A stretch of 64,000 nucleotides of DNA from Sphaerodactylus townsendi. Its lineage: Eukaryota. The stretch is from NCBI RefSeq assembly GCF_021028975.2, contig NC_059428.1, forward strand, positions 148,490,001 through 148,554,000. The letters run 5' to 3'. This document shows, in pieces, positions 35,141-48,609 of the stretch (positions within the stretch are counted from its first letter, which is position 1; every line of letters starts with the position of its first letter). The notes below the pieces were generated by a model. That model saw only the letters and a list, made by a program, of their open reading frames with translations. It had not been told where the DNA came from and did not search any database. Position numbers and translations under genes: made by a program.

Positions 35141-37360
35141 ATGACCGCGATGATCTGAGAGAGGGGATAGAGGGAAACCGTCGTGGCTGCTCGCTTTTTG
35201 AAACGGGAAACTGCATTTGACTACCAAGCCTTATTTCCTGACTTCTCTTACTGGCAGCTGCTGCATTTTCTCTGGCCAGCTGATGAGGGCTTTCCCGATC
35301 ACTGATGAGGGCTTTCCCACAACCGAAGGTCACCCTTCTATGCAGGCAAGAAGTTCAGATGGCGGCGTGAGGCTCTGGAGTGATCTCATGCCTGCTTTTA
35401 GCAGATTCCCGTAGACAACGGCTAAAGGAGTTGCTATTTTTTTTTTCTGAATTAAAATTGGAGACACATCTTCTGGCTTAAAAGGGGTTAAGTTTTGCAC
35501 TGTGCAAGAGAAAGGATCATACCGCATTTGGAGGAGCCCATGCCTTCTGAAATGCTAGCAAACCTAGAACAGTAACTCAGGCAGAGCTGCCACAGGAGCT
35601 CATCTCCAAGGAGGGGCAAATAAATGGGCAGTGACTCTACAGTGGGGATTTCACAGTCACCAAACTCCCTGGAAACCGAGGTAAACACAGCGAATCTGCC
35701 TTTCTGGTGGGTAGATGCTTTAAACTCATAAGAAGTTTGCATTATGAGATTAATTTATCTTCTGTGCTAAAACCAGCCCCTCTCTTTTCCTGTGCCCCCC
35801 CAAATTTGGGTACTACTGCTCTAAAAGACATTGAGATGTGCTGGTAAGAAGGTTAAATGAGTTGCCGCTCATAATTTTGTGCGTGAACAAGGAAGTCATT
35901 GTTTCCTGGAGGCTTGGAGGTACAGGCAACACTGTGGTTCAATCCCAGCTAAATAAGTGTTACAAAAATCCCACCTAACAGGTAACTCTGTTTGTTCCCT
36001 CTGGGCAGACAGCTACTGAGTGCCGGCCAGCATGAATCGAAAGAGACAGGCGCTGTTAGTCCCAGCCTAGCTGCTCGCAGAGTTGTCATAAGGATGACAC
36101 AAAGGAAGGAGAAATGTGTCCACTGTCCTCAGGGAAGGTAGTTGGCCGTCGTGTCTCCTGCTTTGGACACACCACCAAAAAAGGATCAAATGTCTGAGCA
36201 GGGAGCTTGTCTCTGGCTAAGCCACCAGGCTCTGGAGTGCTACAAACGGGGCAGAGGTCTGCCCTCAAGGTACAATCCACCGGAGTGGTCCCCTCTGCCG
36301 GCTGAACTGCAAAAAAAGGACTCTTCTGGCGCTCCCAACTCCGCTCACCAAAATGCCTGCAGGGCTTTTCAGAAAGCGTTAATTCCAACAGTGTGCCATC
36401 AAGTCTAGGAAGGGGTGGGATCGGTTTGGGGGTGGGGGGGATAAGAATAACTATGTAGGCATGAGCAGTGCGTACATTCAGAATTGTAATATAATAGCAC
36501 GGTAACACCACTGACCAAGACATTTTTTAAAAACCAGTTAGACAAATGCAGCCTTTCCCCTCCCCGCCCCACATTGTTTTTCTTTATACAGTTAGTACAA
36601 GGATATTTTGGAATGGATTTCTTTATAGTTAGAAAAAATACACTGTACCGAACAGACATTTATTTCACATATACAATCAATTTAAGGAAACACTTAAAAT
36701 TTAATGATAGGATTCCATCCCTCTCCCCAAGAATATTGAAACACAATTTTATTTTAGTTTGTGCTGCTAAGAGGCCAGTGTTCCCTCTAAGGAAAAATAT
36801 TGCTACAGTTCTGCTTTTACCCTGTATTAAATCCGTCCTCTGGCCGGGACCGGGCATTTCGGGGGGGGGGGGGGCAGTGGCGGCGGTGCCAGGTTTACTT
36901 CAGCACGATCCGCGGTTATATTTGAAATGCAGCTGAAGGAAGATTATCTCTGTCAGTCAGTTTAACCGTCTCTGAAAATATTTTGTAGGCATCAAACCAA
37001 TGTAGCGTATCTGACTCTTCAAAGGACTCTGTTCACGGGCAGCTGTCTGAGCTCGGAATAACAGACTGATTTGCAGCAGAGAACTCTAAAGACAAGACTG
37101 GTTGATTTTAAGTTAGTTGCTGCCTGTGAGAAAAGATGGTTTAAAACTTTAAATTTAGCAAGCATTTTCTTCCCCTGCCCCTGCGGAGGAGCTCCGATTG
37201 CCTGGAGAGGCTTATGCCCGGGGGGGACAGGGATGTGCACACTCATCGCTGGCTGGATAAGGTGGGTATAAATCTGTGCGTATCAGTGGAAGGATGCCAT
37301 CCGCCTGCACTGAACAGTTTTAAATAGGGTGCACAGTCAGAAGTGAGTCCCCTGTGCTAT

Positions 37361-37414
37361 TTTAGGCCTATGGATTTAAGCCAGCGTTTAGGCCTATGGA
37401 TTTAAGCCAACGTT
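37361..37414. repeat. About 26-bp tandem duplication
   Basis: TTTAGGCCTATGGATTTAAGCCA twice. Confidence 0.8.
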
Positions 37415-39332
37415 CAAAGACTTTCAAGTACACCCCACTGGTTAGGGCAGGGCTCCCCAATAAAGTGTCTCTGGGCACCGTTCCTAGCACCCACCAAGTA
37501 ATTTTTAAAAAATGGATGGGGCCAAGTGGGGGTTTTGCACAGCTCAACTTCTGATTGGATATGCAGATTAAAAGACATCCTGTTAAACGAGCCATCTGTT
37601 CTATTTGAGTTGTGCACAACCTCACTCCCTGCCATTTGGTGGTTGGCTCCACCTCCTATGGCAGCTACTTTTGAAGTTGTGTACACCACACTTGTCTGGA
37701 TCCCAAAGGTCTTCTCGCAGGCACAAGGTGAAAATGCAGGTGCTCAGGGGAGCCAGATGGGGGCAGCATCAGATAGCTGGTCACTATAGGGCACCTGGGT
37801 TGCCCCACGGGACTCTCCATTCGGCCAGCGCTTCAGGTGAGCGTTGCAGAATGCGTGGGGACACACCCTGCCACTGAATCAGGACCCGTTTTCTGAGATT
37901 TAGCCTTTGGGTTTGTTTCTGATCTTTACTGGCCACCAGTATGAAATGCTAATTTTACTGGAACGTCCTTTACCATAACAGGAAGCGATGCCCAAACAGG
38001 GTGAAGTATGATGAGTTTTTTGGGTGTGTATACGTGTGTGTGTGTTTTTTTTTCCAGATTATAGGGCTGAAAGGCAGACATAAAAAAAATCTTTAAAACT
38101 AGAACAGGAATAACATCCAGCCGCCGTAGACTCAGGAATGTCCGCATTAGGCTAATTTAGTTTTTTAAAAAATATATCGATGTTCCTAACTGCTGTTTTA
38201 AATTGCGGTCTTTTGCGTATTTTTTAATCGTTTGCATGGTAAGCCGCCTTGAGTGCTGCAAGGTAGAAAGGTGACTAATACAAATATTTTAAATAAAAGG
38301 GGAGCATTCTTGAGCACTTTGAAGTGATAGTCTACCCCTTATGGAAATGAGGTAGGCAGGGACATCTAAATTCCTGCTGCGTTCTCTCTGTTCCACTCAG
38401 CCCCATTTCCTGACACACATACATACTTCTTCACTTATGCGGCCAAATGGATTCAAAACTACACCTTTCAGAAGGCAAGTGGATATTTGCTTTTTTTTCT
38501 TAACCCAAGTCTCCTCTGCCACAATTGTGACAGGGCTTTTCACCCACCGTCACCCGGTCCCTTTTCAGACAGCAACAACTTTGTTCGACTCTAAAGTCGC
38601 ACGAACCTGTTTCCACTTCAAAGCGCTCTGAATAAGCCCTTCGGCCCAAACGGCTACCGCAAAGCTAGCCTGCGGACCCTTTCCTAAGGGTTACCTACAA
38701 ACATGTGCGCAACGGCATGAAAATAAAACAGCCCTGATTTTTGGCAGTAAAATTTGGCACGTTGCTCGGAATGCCCTTTCGCAGGGGAGGAAGTAAAAAA
38801 CAGAAAACGGACCGGGTGGGGAACGAAAACTCATGTAAGCCGCATTCTGGGCTAGCTCTGGAAGCACAAGGTGAGCTTTTTGCTCGCCCAGCTAGCCAGC
38901 CTGTGGCCAGTTCTTGTTTGTGGCAAAGCACCCGCCCCGCCGGCCTAAGCTCACGAGTAGGCAGGAGTAGCAACCTTCCTAGCGTTTTGCACTTAAAGAG
39001 AACACTGTGGGCTGTCTGGGCTCCTTTCTTTTTTTTTAGTTTGTTTTGTTTTATATATATCTATATATATAAAAATACCCTTGGACAGGTAAAGACGAGA
39101 ACCAATTCACTGTACAGAGTTCACTGCACAACTAGCTAAGAGTAAGTTTAACTCAGCACATTTAACTTGCCACGTTTGGGGGAGGGAGGAAAGAAACGGT
39201 ACTCTTGAATACATTTGCAACCAACCAGTGGTCCTATGCTGCCTCACAGAAGAGGACGCGGCCGGTTTCCCCAAGAGGGGTCAGGGGTGTTCATTCCTGC
39301 TTTCGGTACGGCCTCCTGGGAGCCTCTGCCCT

Positions 39333-42300
39333 TTAGTATGCCGGCACCTGGTAGCCTTTCGGACTGGTGTTCAGGGTCTCAGCGAACGGCGGACTCTGGT
39401 AGGTTTCTGTGCTTTCCACACCACTCCCTGTGGGGTATCCGGGATACCCCGCGTTGGGGTCAGTGGGAAACTGATCCGTGGCAAAGAGAGACATGTCAGT
39501 CCCCAGGCGGTATCTTTGGAGGGCCTTGATGGTCAGGGCGACCTGGAAGGAAAAAAGGAGAAGGAGATATTGTGACGGATTTGCAACTGCTTGTCTCGAA
39601 ACAGCTGGGCTGCCAACCGAACGGAGTGGCCCTCGTTTTCTGCCCGGCTTCTCGTCTGCCTGCTGCTACTGTGGCCTTTTGCAGGGGAATCAGGGCCCGG
39701 CTTGGGGCGGAGGATGTACAGGAACAGTGGGGGGGGGGGAAACGAGCCCTCCTGCCCAGCATGGCTTACAGAACAGCAGTCTGGGCTAGCTGCTCCCAGG
39801 AAGTGCAAGGAAACCACATCTAATATTCTGGCCGTAGCTTTAGAAATATCCACCCTGTTCCTACTTCAACACCTCTTTCAGAAGAAGAGGAGGAGGAGTT
39901 TGGATCTATACCCTCCTTTTCTCTCCTATAAAGAGACTCAAAGGGACACCACCTTCTCACTTAGACACAGTGTGCAACAGACTTTTCTCTGTGATACGCC
40001 TCTGAAGATGCCAGCCACAGGTGCAGGTGAAATGTTAGGAACAAGATCTACCAGACCACGGCCACACAGCCCGGAAAACCCACCAGAACCAGTTGAATCC
40101 GGCCGTGAAAGCCTTCGACGATACATTAGACTCAAAGGGGCTTACAAACTCCTTTCCCTTCCCCCCTCCCCACAACAAACACCCTTTGAGGTGGGTGGGG
40201 CTGAGAGAACTCCGAAGAACTGTGACTAGCCCAAGGTGACCCAGCTGGCATGTGTTGGAGTGCACAAGCTAATCTGGTTCACCAGATAAGCCTCCACAGC
40301 TCAAGTGGCAAAGGGAGGGAATCAAGCCCGGTTCTCCAGATTAGAGTGCACCTCCTCTTAACCATGACACTACGCTGGCTCTCACACCAGTTAAAGAATA
40401 CCAAGACTTTAGAGCCACATGCAGACAGCTATGGGGTTGAGCGGGTGCATCCCAGAAGACACCTGGGGAAGAATCAGGGTTTGCCTTGGATCAAAATGAT
40501 CCCCCAAGCAATGCTCTTAGCAGAGAGAATCCCTTCCTTCCTCTTGCAGCGCCGAGGCCATTTTGAGAGCTGGACGGGCCAGAATCACTAAGGGAGGGGC
40601 GACCTAAAAGCTCCTCCAGGGGTTGGTCAGAATGTTTCAGACTAACAAAAAGGCAGCCTGCCATTGGTGGGCACAGGTGCAGGCGCCCCTTTGGATCCCC
40701 AGTCCGGGCAACTGATGACGTCAGAGCATTGGGAAAGGGCGGGGCAGCCCACCCTCTGGCAGCGATCCTTCCCTGCACCTCAAAGAGACGGCAGCAGCCA
40801 CGTGACATGATTACAGGAAACATAGAAGAGGGAAGTGATGCTTACCCAGGAGATGATGGAGAAGAAGGAGAAGGCAATGGCTGCCCGGGCTGCGTCCCCC
40901 GCTTGCTTCGCCCCTTTGCTTTGCGGTGTTCGTTGCCACTGGTTAGCCAGGAAGCAGAAAGCCACAAACCACATGAAGGACCAGAAACCTGAAAGGCACC
41001 AAAGCCTGTTAGCACTGCGGGGGGGGGGGGGGGGCTCACGCAACCAGGTTCACCCTGTCCTTTGGGGCATCTGTTCATGCATGGAACTGCTCTGATGCAG
41101 CAGGGCGCCTGCATCTAAAGGGGGAAACGGGACAGGCGGCACTCCTGTGAAAGGCACTGTGTGTTTCCCACACAGAAGGCCCCCGGTCCAATTCATGGCA
41201 TCGCCAGTTAAAGGATCTCAGACGGGGGGGGGGGGGGGGGGCAGAAAAGACCTTTCTCTGTCTAGGACCCTGGACAGCTCCACAGCAGCCGGCATGCAAG
41301 CAACTCCGCTGTGTTTGATTTTATGTCCTATATTTATAGTCTGCATTTCTCACGGTGACTCAGAGCAGACTATTAAGTCCAAGCAGTCCTGCCGCATTGA
41401 TTATTGAGGGCCGGTCTGTCCGACCAAATTGTTGTTTAAGATTTTGCTGTCTGCCTTGAGTCTCGTCAAGGAGGGTGTGTTCTAAAGGAAGCCCGATGAA
41501 ATGAAATGAAAAACCGAAAGGTAAAACTGGACGACAGGGACAAGGGCAGGAAATGACAAGGCTAGTTGAGATGGACAGCAACAGGATGTGATGTCTAATA
41601 AGCAATGTAGTAGCTCTAAGATTACACAGATCTGAACAAGTGTAGATACAGAATGAACACATGAGGCTGAAAGAGGGTGTTGTAGCAGTAGCAAATAATG
41701 CGACAGTATTATAATGTGTACAACAAACAGATCTGGCATCCTACTCAAAGCAGTACAATCCACAGCCCCTTTCCTTTTACAAAACACCTTCCTGAACCAT
41801 TCCTGAACTGAAAACAGGGAGAAAACAGTGTCCAAATCACAGCCTCCAGAAGTGGGTGGAGGTACCGTCTGTCCTCATTAACACACACATTTGAAGGTCA
41901 GGAATCAAAACCTCAGGATCCGCATTTTCTCCCAGGATTCCTTTGAGCTCAGTCAGAACCACACAAATTTGTCCCACAATTGTGGCCCCTTAAGGCTGAT
42001 TGATGCCCTCAGCCAATGCTGCATGCACCCCGCCCCCCTTCCGTGCAAAACCTACCCGAGAAGCCGAGGTCCACGAGAACCGCTCGCTTGCGATCCTTCA
42101 CACTGCTGATCTGCTGGAAATAGAGATCCACCACCAGAAAGATGCAACAGGCCAAGAAGGCAATGAGGCCGATGGTAACACCATAATTACAGGCCCCCTC
42201 GTGGTTGTTGTAGACGCACTTCAGGATGGGAGACTTTTCAGTGTTGACGTAACCCTCGTTAATGATGGAGCCAAACACAATGATGGAGAAAATCTGAAAG

Positions 42301-45300
42301 AGGGAGACAGAGGAATAGGTTGATTTGGAAGAACCATCTCTGGTCAGCAAAAGGGTCCTCAGCGTAGCGTCGTGGTTAAGAGCAGGTGGATTCTAATCTG
42401 GAGAACTGGGTTTGATTCCCCACTCCTCCACCTGAGTGGCGGAGGCTTATCTGGTGAACCAGATGTGTTTCTGCACTCCTACGCTCCTGCTGGGTAACTT
42501 TGGGCTAGTCACAGTTCTCTCAGACCTCTTTCAGCCCCACCTGCCTCACCAGGTGTCTGTTGTGGGGAGAGAAAGGGAAAGGAGCTTGTAGGCCACTTTG
42601 AGAAAGGTGGGATATAAATCCAAACTCTTCTTCAAACTCTTCTTGAAGGAGAGACTATCACCAGCCACAACTCAGAAGGAACCCCACAGAGTAGGTGAAG
42701 GTACAAGCAAGCAGCAGTATAAACAAAGTGGGGGGATGGATTATCCTAACTAAAAAAGGTTACGTTTGGGGGGATTATATTTTTTTAATGATTCAGAGGG
42801 AGAAATATAAACACAGATCGTGACAGACAAGAGTAAAACCTTTTCTTTTTCTATTTTATTTATTTATTTCATACTTCACAGACCGCTCAACCCCCAGAGG
42901 GCTCTGAGCAGTGTACAGGGCCCATAAACAAGGCTGATAAAACATTAAATATAAACATTAAAACCCTTAAAAGTTTACACAGCAGGATCCACATAAAATT
43001 GAGTTGGAGTGACATTATTTATTTATTTATCTATTTATTTATTCTATATTATTTATTTAATCTTATTATTTATTTATCTGAGTAGCTCTTTGGCTACTCA
43101 GCATCCCAGCTCACAAAGCCCCACTGACTGAACTATTGCAATGTCATGGAATGTGCACAAACATTCCAACTTGTCTGTGTGTATGCCCGAGCTAGGAGGC
43201 TTAATGATCTCTGTATTGTTGAAGTCTCTGTACAGCCCAGAAACCACACAGCACCCTTAATGAGCTCGTTTGAACTAACAGTCTGTCTTAGACTCTAGTT
43301 AGGCTAGCAAAAAAGGGCAGGCACGCTTTCCCTTGACATGTTCAATTGCCTTGTGTTTCCAATGAAAGCAGATATGCCCCTGAATGTTCCCAGCACTCAA
43401 TTAGTTTCTGCTATCAACTGCTAGAGTCTCAGTTCTCAGCCAGGTTGAGTGACGTTATCAGAGCCGCTCCTTCATGATCACTCCTTCGTGATCACCCCTT
43501 CATGTTGCCCAGTCTGCACCACCCAGATACTAATCTCTTCCAGTCAAGTGGATGATTCCCGTCCACACCCACACCTCCCGTCCACACCCACACCTGCCGT
43601 TCACAACAAAACACACCCAACTGTAATGACAAGCAGCAAGAACCAGGGAGCCAGCTCAGCACTGTCAGCAAGGAGCCAAAATACGAACACGCTCTTCCTC
43701 TCCCCCCGCCCCCCCCCCCGTCCCTGGGTTTGCCTTCTAATCTCATTCATAAATAATGCAAAAACTAATGTTTTCTTTTTGCTGTTGGATGCCTCTGACA
43801 GCACTTTAAGGAAAACACACAGCCTGGCAGCAGCACGGCGCGATCTGGCAGCCAGACGAATCGAGAAGAAAGCGAATGTGCAGGGTAACGTAGCCAAAGG
43901 GTCCGTGGACCAAGAGCCTCCTTCCCCGCCTGTCTCCAAGCAGCCCCGGTGTCCCCACAGTGAATTGGAAAGCAACATCCAGTGGACCTGGTCGATTTTT
44001 AATGCCTTTGCAAAAATGTTGACCTAAGTACATACTGCATTTTTCCCTCCAAGGAAGATCCTGACAGGCCCAGGGGGAACCAATCAGCTGTACAGCTCAG
44101 GGGCCATTTTGGAAATGGCTGTAGTTTAGTGGAAGCGCCTCCGCGTTGCATGCACGAGATCCCAGGTTGGAACCCCGGCAGCACGTCCAGTTAAAAGGAC
44201 CAGGCAGCAGGTAATGTGAAAGACCTTTGCCCAGCACCTGCTACTAGTCTTCGTAGACAAGACTGACCCAAATCATATGGAGGTAGATCACTGAGACAAT
44301 ATCCCAGGACAGCCAATGAGGTGCGGTGGTTAAGAGCTGTGAACTCTAATCTGGAAAACCGGGTTTGTTTCCCCTCTCCTGCACATGAAGCCTGCTGGGT
44401 GACCTTGGGCCAGTCGCAGTTCTCTCTGAACTCTCTCAGCCCCACCTGCCTCACAAGGGGTCTGTTGTGAGGAGGGGAAGAGAAGGAATTTGTATGCCGC
44501 TTCCTTCGGTTGACAAAAGCAGGGTATAAGTCCAAACTCTCCTCTTTCAAGCCTAGAATACTTCTTTGCAGCAGGATTTCAGCCAGGTGTGTTTATGTGT
44601 AAGCTAGAGAAAGCATGTGTGCATCTCACCAATCCTCCATTTCTCCAGGCTGGCAACCCGAGCTGCAAATTCTCTTTCCCTGCCTCCTCACAATACAAAC
44701 CCTCTCCAAGCACAGGGTGCCTGCAGCTAAGTGGATTTGCCCTGTGGCGGGAAGAGCAGGAGGAGTGTTTTCCTACCCCGTCATTTAGTGCTTCACTTAC
44801 AAGCTAGCTGAGTGCTTTCAAACCTTTTGTCCCAAGTGTCTGCTTTGAGGTGAGGATGTAGGGAAAAGACTTCTGCTTGCTTGTTTAGCCCAGCATACGA
44901 GCAGATACCGAACACATCTGGTAGTCAGGGCTGCTCACACGCCACCTGTCTTGCCAACAAACAGCCAAACCTGATGAAAAAACCAAGCTTATATGCATAT
45001 ATTGTCAGGTGACGCCATCACACTGGATGGCCCAGGCTAGCCCAACCTGGCCGGATCTTAGAAGAAGCTAAGCAGGGTGGGTTTGGGCTAGTACTTTGGT
45101 GGGAGAGGATCAAGGAAGTCAGGGGTTCCTGTGCAGAGCCTGACAAACCATTTGACCTTGCCAAAGGCAAAAGCAACAGGTGCAGAGGAGGGCAGCCAAA
45201 ATGGTCAAAGGTCCGGAGTCCATGCCCTACCAGGAGAGGCTTAGGAATCTGGGAATGTCTAGTTTGGTGAAGAGAAGGTTAAGAGGTGACATGATGGCCA

Positions 45301-48300
45301 TGTTTAGATATTTGAAGGGATGCCGTGTTGGCCAGGGAGCAAGGTTGTTTTCTGCTGCTCCAGAGAGTCATGGGTTCAAGGTGAAGGAAAACAGAGTCCA
45401 CCTAAACATCAGGAAAAACTTCCTGACAGTCAGGGCTGTTTGACAGTGGAATGCACTACCTCGGAGGGTGGTGGAGTCTCCTTCTTTGGCGGTTTTTAAA
45501 GAGAGGCTGCCTGGCCGTCTATCAGGAGTGCTTTGATTGTGTGTTCCTGCATTGCAGGGGGTTGGACTGGATGGCCCTTGAGGTCTCTTCCATCTCCATG
45601 ATTCTATTATTCTGGTGGCTGGGTATTAGTCACAGGAAATAAACAATGGAAATAGACAAGACTCTACTTTCTTCTCCTGTCCCCTTTATTAATGCACGTT
45701 TGATACTGAAGACCTGATGAAAACCTCCGCTCAATCTTCTGCTAAAATGGGGCACCATCCACCATTTTTTTCCACTTCAATAAAGTGACCAGTTGTGCTA
45801 GAGAAGAGCTCTCACCCAACACTCATTCACATCAGTCAGGCTTGTGCAAGAGAACGTCCCCACAGATCCCAGCCCCCGACATCCTCCCACTACTAATGGA
45901 AACGGTGCTCTCACAAAGCACGTGGCTCAGGCTCCCCGTCCTTCCTGTCTCTGGTACCAGATGCAGACAAACACAGGCATGATGTTGGCCGTCCTCCTGG
46001 TCGTGATTTCACCGCCGTTTCCCAGAACGGCTTGGCAGCCATTTACAGCAAAAAGTGGAGGGTGAGAAGCCAGTCAAATTGCTCAGCGAGAATGAAGAGC
46101 AAAGCGGCAACGTGCTAATAAAAGATTATAAGGGTTTTTTTTCTCAAGGGTGAGCAGAACACAAGCCTCCTTTGGGAGAACAAACATACTCCCACGGCTG
46201 TTAATTGAAGGGGCAGGCCCTCACTGGAACTCAGTGGGTCTTCAGACCTGCGAATTGTCTAAACGCTCAATGCAACTCCCCTTCTTCATACAAAGGCTGC
46301 AAGGAAAGCTGTCTGGCCTTGCCTTTTGTGCTGACAGCTTTCCAGGTAGAAGGGAACTGTTTTGTTGCACGGGGCATTCAACAAGATGAGTCCCCACCTC
46401 AAAGCGGTACTAACTTATCGTCTGGAGTGTCCAGCCACTAATTTAAACTTCTACTAGTCAATAGCACAGATCTGCCTTGCAGCATTGACGTAAGGCCAAT
46501 ACTAGCAATGTTAGTATCTGGCATGGATGGTCCAATCTCATCAATTCTTAGAAGCTAAGCAGGATTTGTCCTGGTTAGTACTTGGATGGGGGACAAACAT
46601 GGAAACCCAGGGCTGATCTCTCCCCTTGAAAGCTTCTTGAGGGGTTGCCAGAAACTAATTGTGACTTGATGGCAAGTAGGAAGTAGTCTGTGAATGGCAT
46701 TTACCATTCCTACAACACGAATGATAATCTAGTTTGTAGGACACTTCCGTATAAATCGAGAAGAAGAAGAGTTTGGATTTCTACCCCATCTTTTTCTTCT
46801 GTAAGGAGACTCAAGGTGGCTGACAAGCTCCTTTCCCTTCCTCTCCCCACAACAGACACCTTGTGAGGCAAGTGGGGCTGAGAGAGTTCAGAGAGAACTG
46901 TGACTAGCCCAAGGTCACCCAGCAGGAATGTAGGAGTGCGGAAACACCTCTGGTTCACCAGATAAGCCTCTGCCCTTCAGGTCGCCTGCTCATAACCACT
47001 TCACCACGCTGGCTCTCTAATATAGACTGTTACAATAAACCTCATACACTGCGAGGCAGGCTTGTATTCTTGCGTCCCTGATGCAGATGTGTCTGTAGAA
47101 ACAGTGAGTTGCAAAGAGCCCACCTAGGCAGAACCCTCAATCTTTTGGATCACAGCTCATTAGCCATCGTCCCCATTCCAGCGCAACCACACCCTGGTTT
47201 CAGAGGCCAAAAAATGCATCTTCTTGGGTTCCTAACAGGATAATGCAATTCCCGGTCACTTCCAATAAGCAACATCGACGTTAAGCCAATTAGCCGCTTC
47301 CTTTTAAGTCACAAGATTCGGGCTGGAGACCAAATAGCCTCCTCTGAAGACACTCACAGAGAACAATTTTGAATCTACAGTGCCAAGAACTCCCGATATG
47401 CCCCGCTTGGCACGCACAGAAGCCTGGGTACCGAGCCCTGTTTTTCAAAACATTTTGCAAAGCCTGTTTTTTTTTTAATCCTGATACTCTGTGGATTCTC
47501 CACTTAAATAAGGGGGAACACCACACACACGCACACAAACACACACAGCAAATCCTATACATTCTCTTATGCTATGACAAAAATACTGCTGCAACTTTAC
47601 ACACCGCTTTGAGACAATTACTTTTCCCTTTGCAATTCTTGCTACCCAAAATGAGCATAATTCACATGTGTTCATCCCTTGAGACTGCAGGTGGAGCTCA
47701 GGGAGGGCTGGGTTTGGGGAGGGATCACAGAGGGGTGGAGGGACAGAGGATCAACTCTCTCCACGTTGCCTCCAAGGGGAGCAATCTCTGCTGCTTGGAG
47801 ATTGGGGGTAATTCTCGAGGTCTCCAGACCCCACCTGGAGGATGGTAACCCTATTCCTTTCTCAGGCCTATTCTGGCTCCCCATTTGCTGATATCTCATG
47901 TCCCCATCCCAAGGCCCCCCCACCCCCGACCACCAACCTATCCTTCCCCTCCCCTCTTTTATCTTCTCTTTCAAATTTATCCCTACAATCCATTTGGGCT
48001 TCTCTTTACCTGCCTGTTCCTTGAACGCTGTCAGCATACATCGTACCCTTGCTTATTTCTTTTTAATGTCAAGACCTTTCGAGACATTAAACTGTGCAAG
48101 ACGCCAGCCGCTACGGATAAAACCTGTCCTGGATCTAAGCCTCTGGTACACACAGAGAACGCACAGTGCAATCCTATGCAGAGTTTCCCCAGTCTAAGGC
48201 CATTGAAATGATTGGGATGAAGCTGGAGTAACTCTCCTTGGGATTGCACCATGAGTTCCCCCTTCCCCCAGATTTACTGGGAGAAAAACTAACTGGCTGG

Positions 48301-48576
48301 CGTTTCTCTTGCTTCAATGCCCATCTGTTCAAGCTCCAGCCCTGCTCCCCCCCCCTTTCCCTCCTTCTAAAACATCTTGTACCGAACACACAAACCCCAG
48401 ACAGATACAACACCCTCGGTCCTATTTAAAACATCAAACAAACTCAAACTGCGTGGAAGGAAAGGACTCTCTCTCTTTCTCTCTTTTTGCTTACTATTGT
48501 AAGATTAAAAAGGATCACACACTTTCCTCCTCATAAGACAAGGATTTCTATCAGCAGCATCAGTTAAGAACAGGCG

Positions 48577-48609
<33 letters not shown>

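Noticed and set aside
43449-44027. 192-aa ORF antisense in SYNGR3 intron 1
   Set aside because: Non-ATG start, no recognisable domain and no splice structure.
44115-44190. Possible tRNA gene
   Set aside because: Cloverleaf pairing is broken and it continues into a SINE body.
46525-46605. Possible 5S rRNA gene
   Set aside because: Partial and heavily diverged; interpreted as a SINE head or pseudogene.
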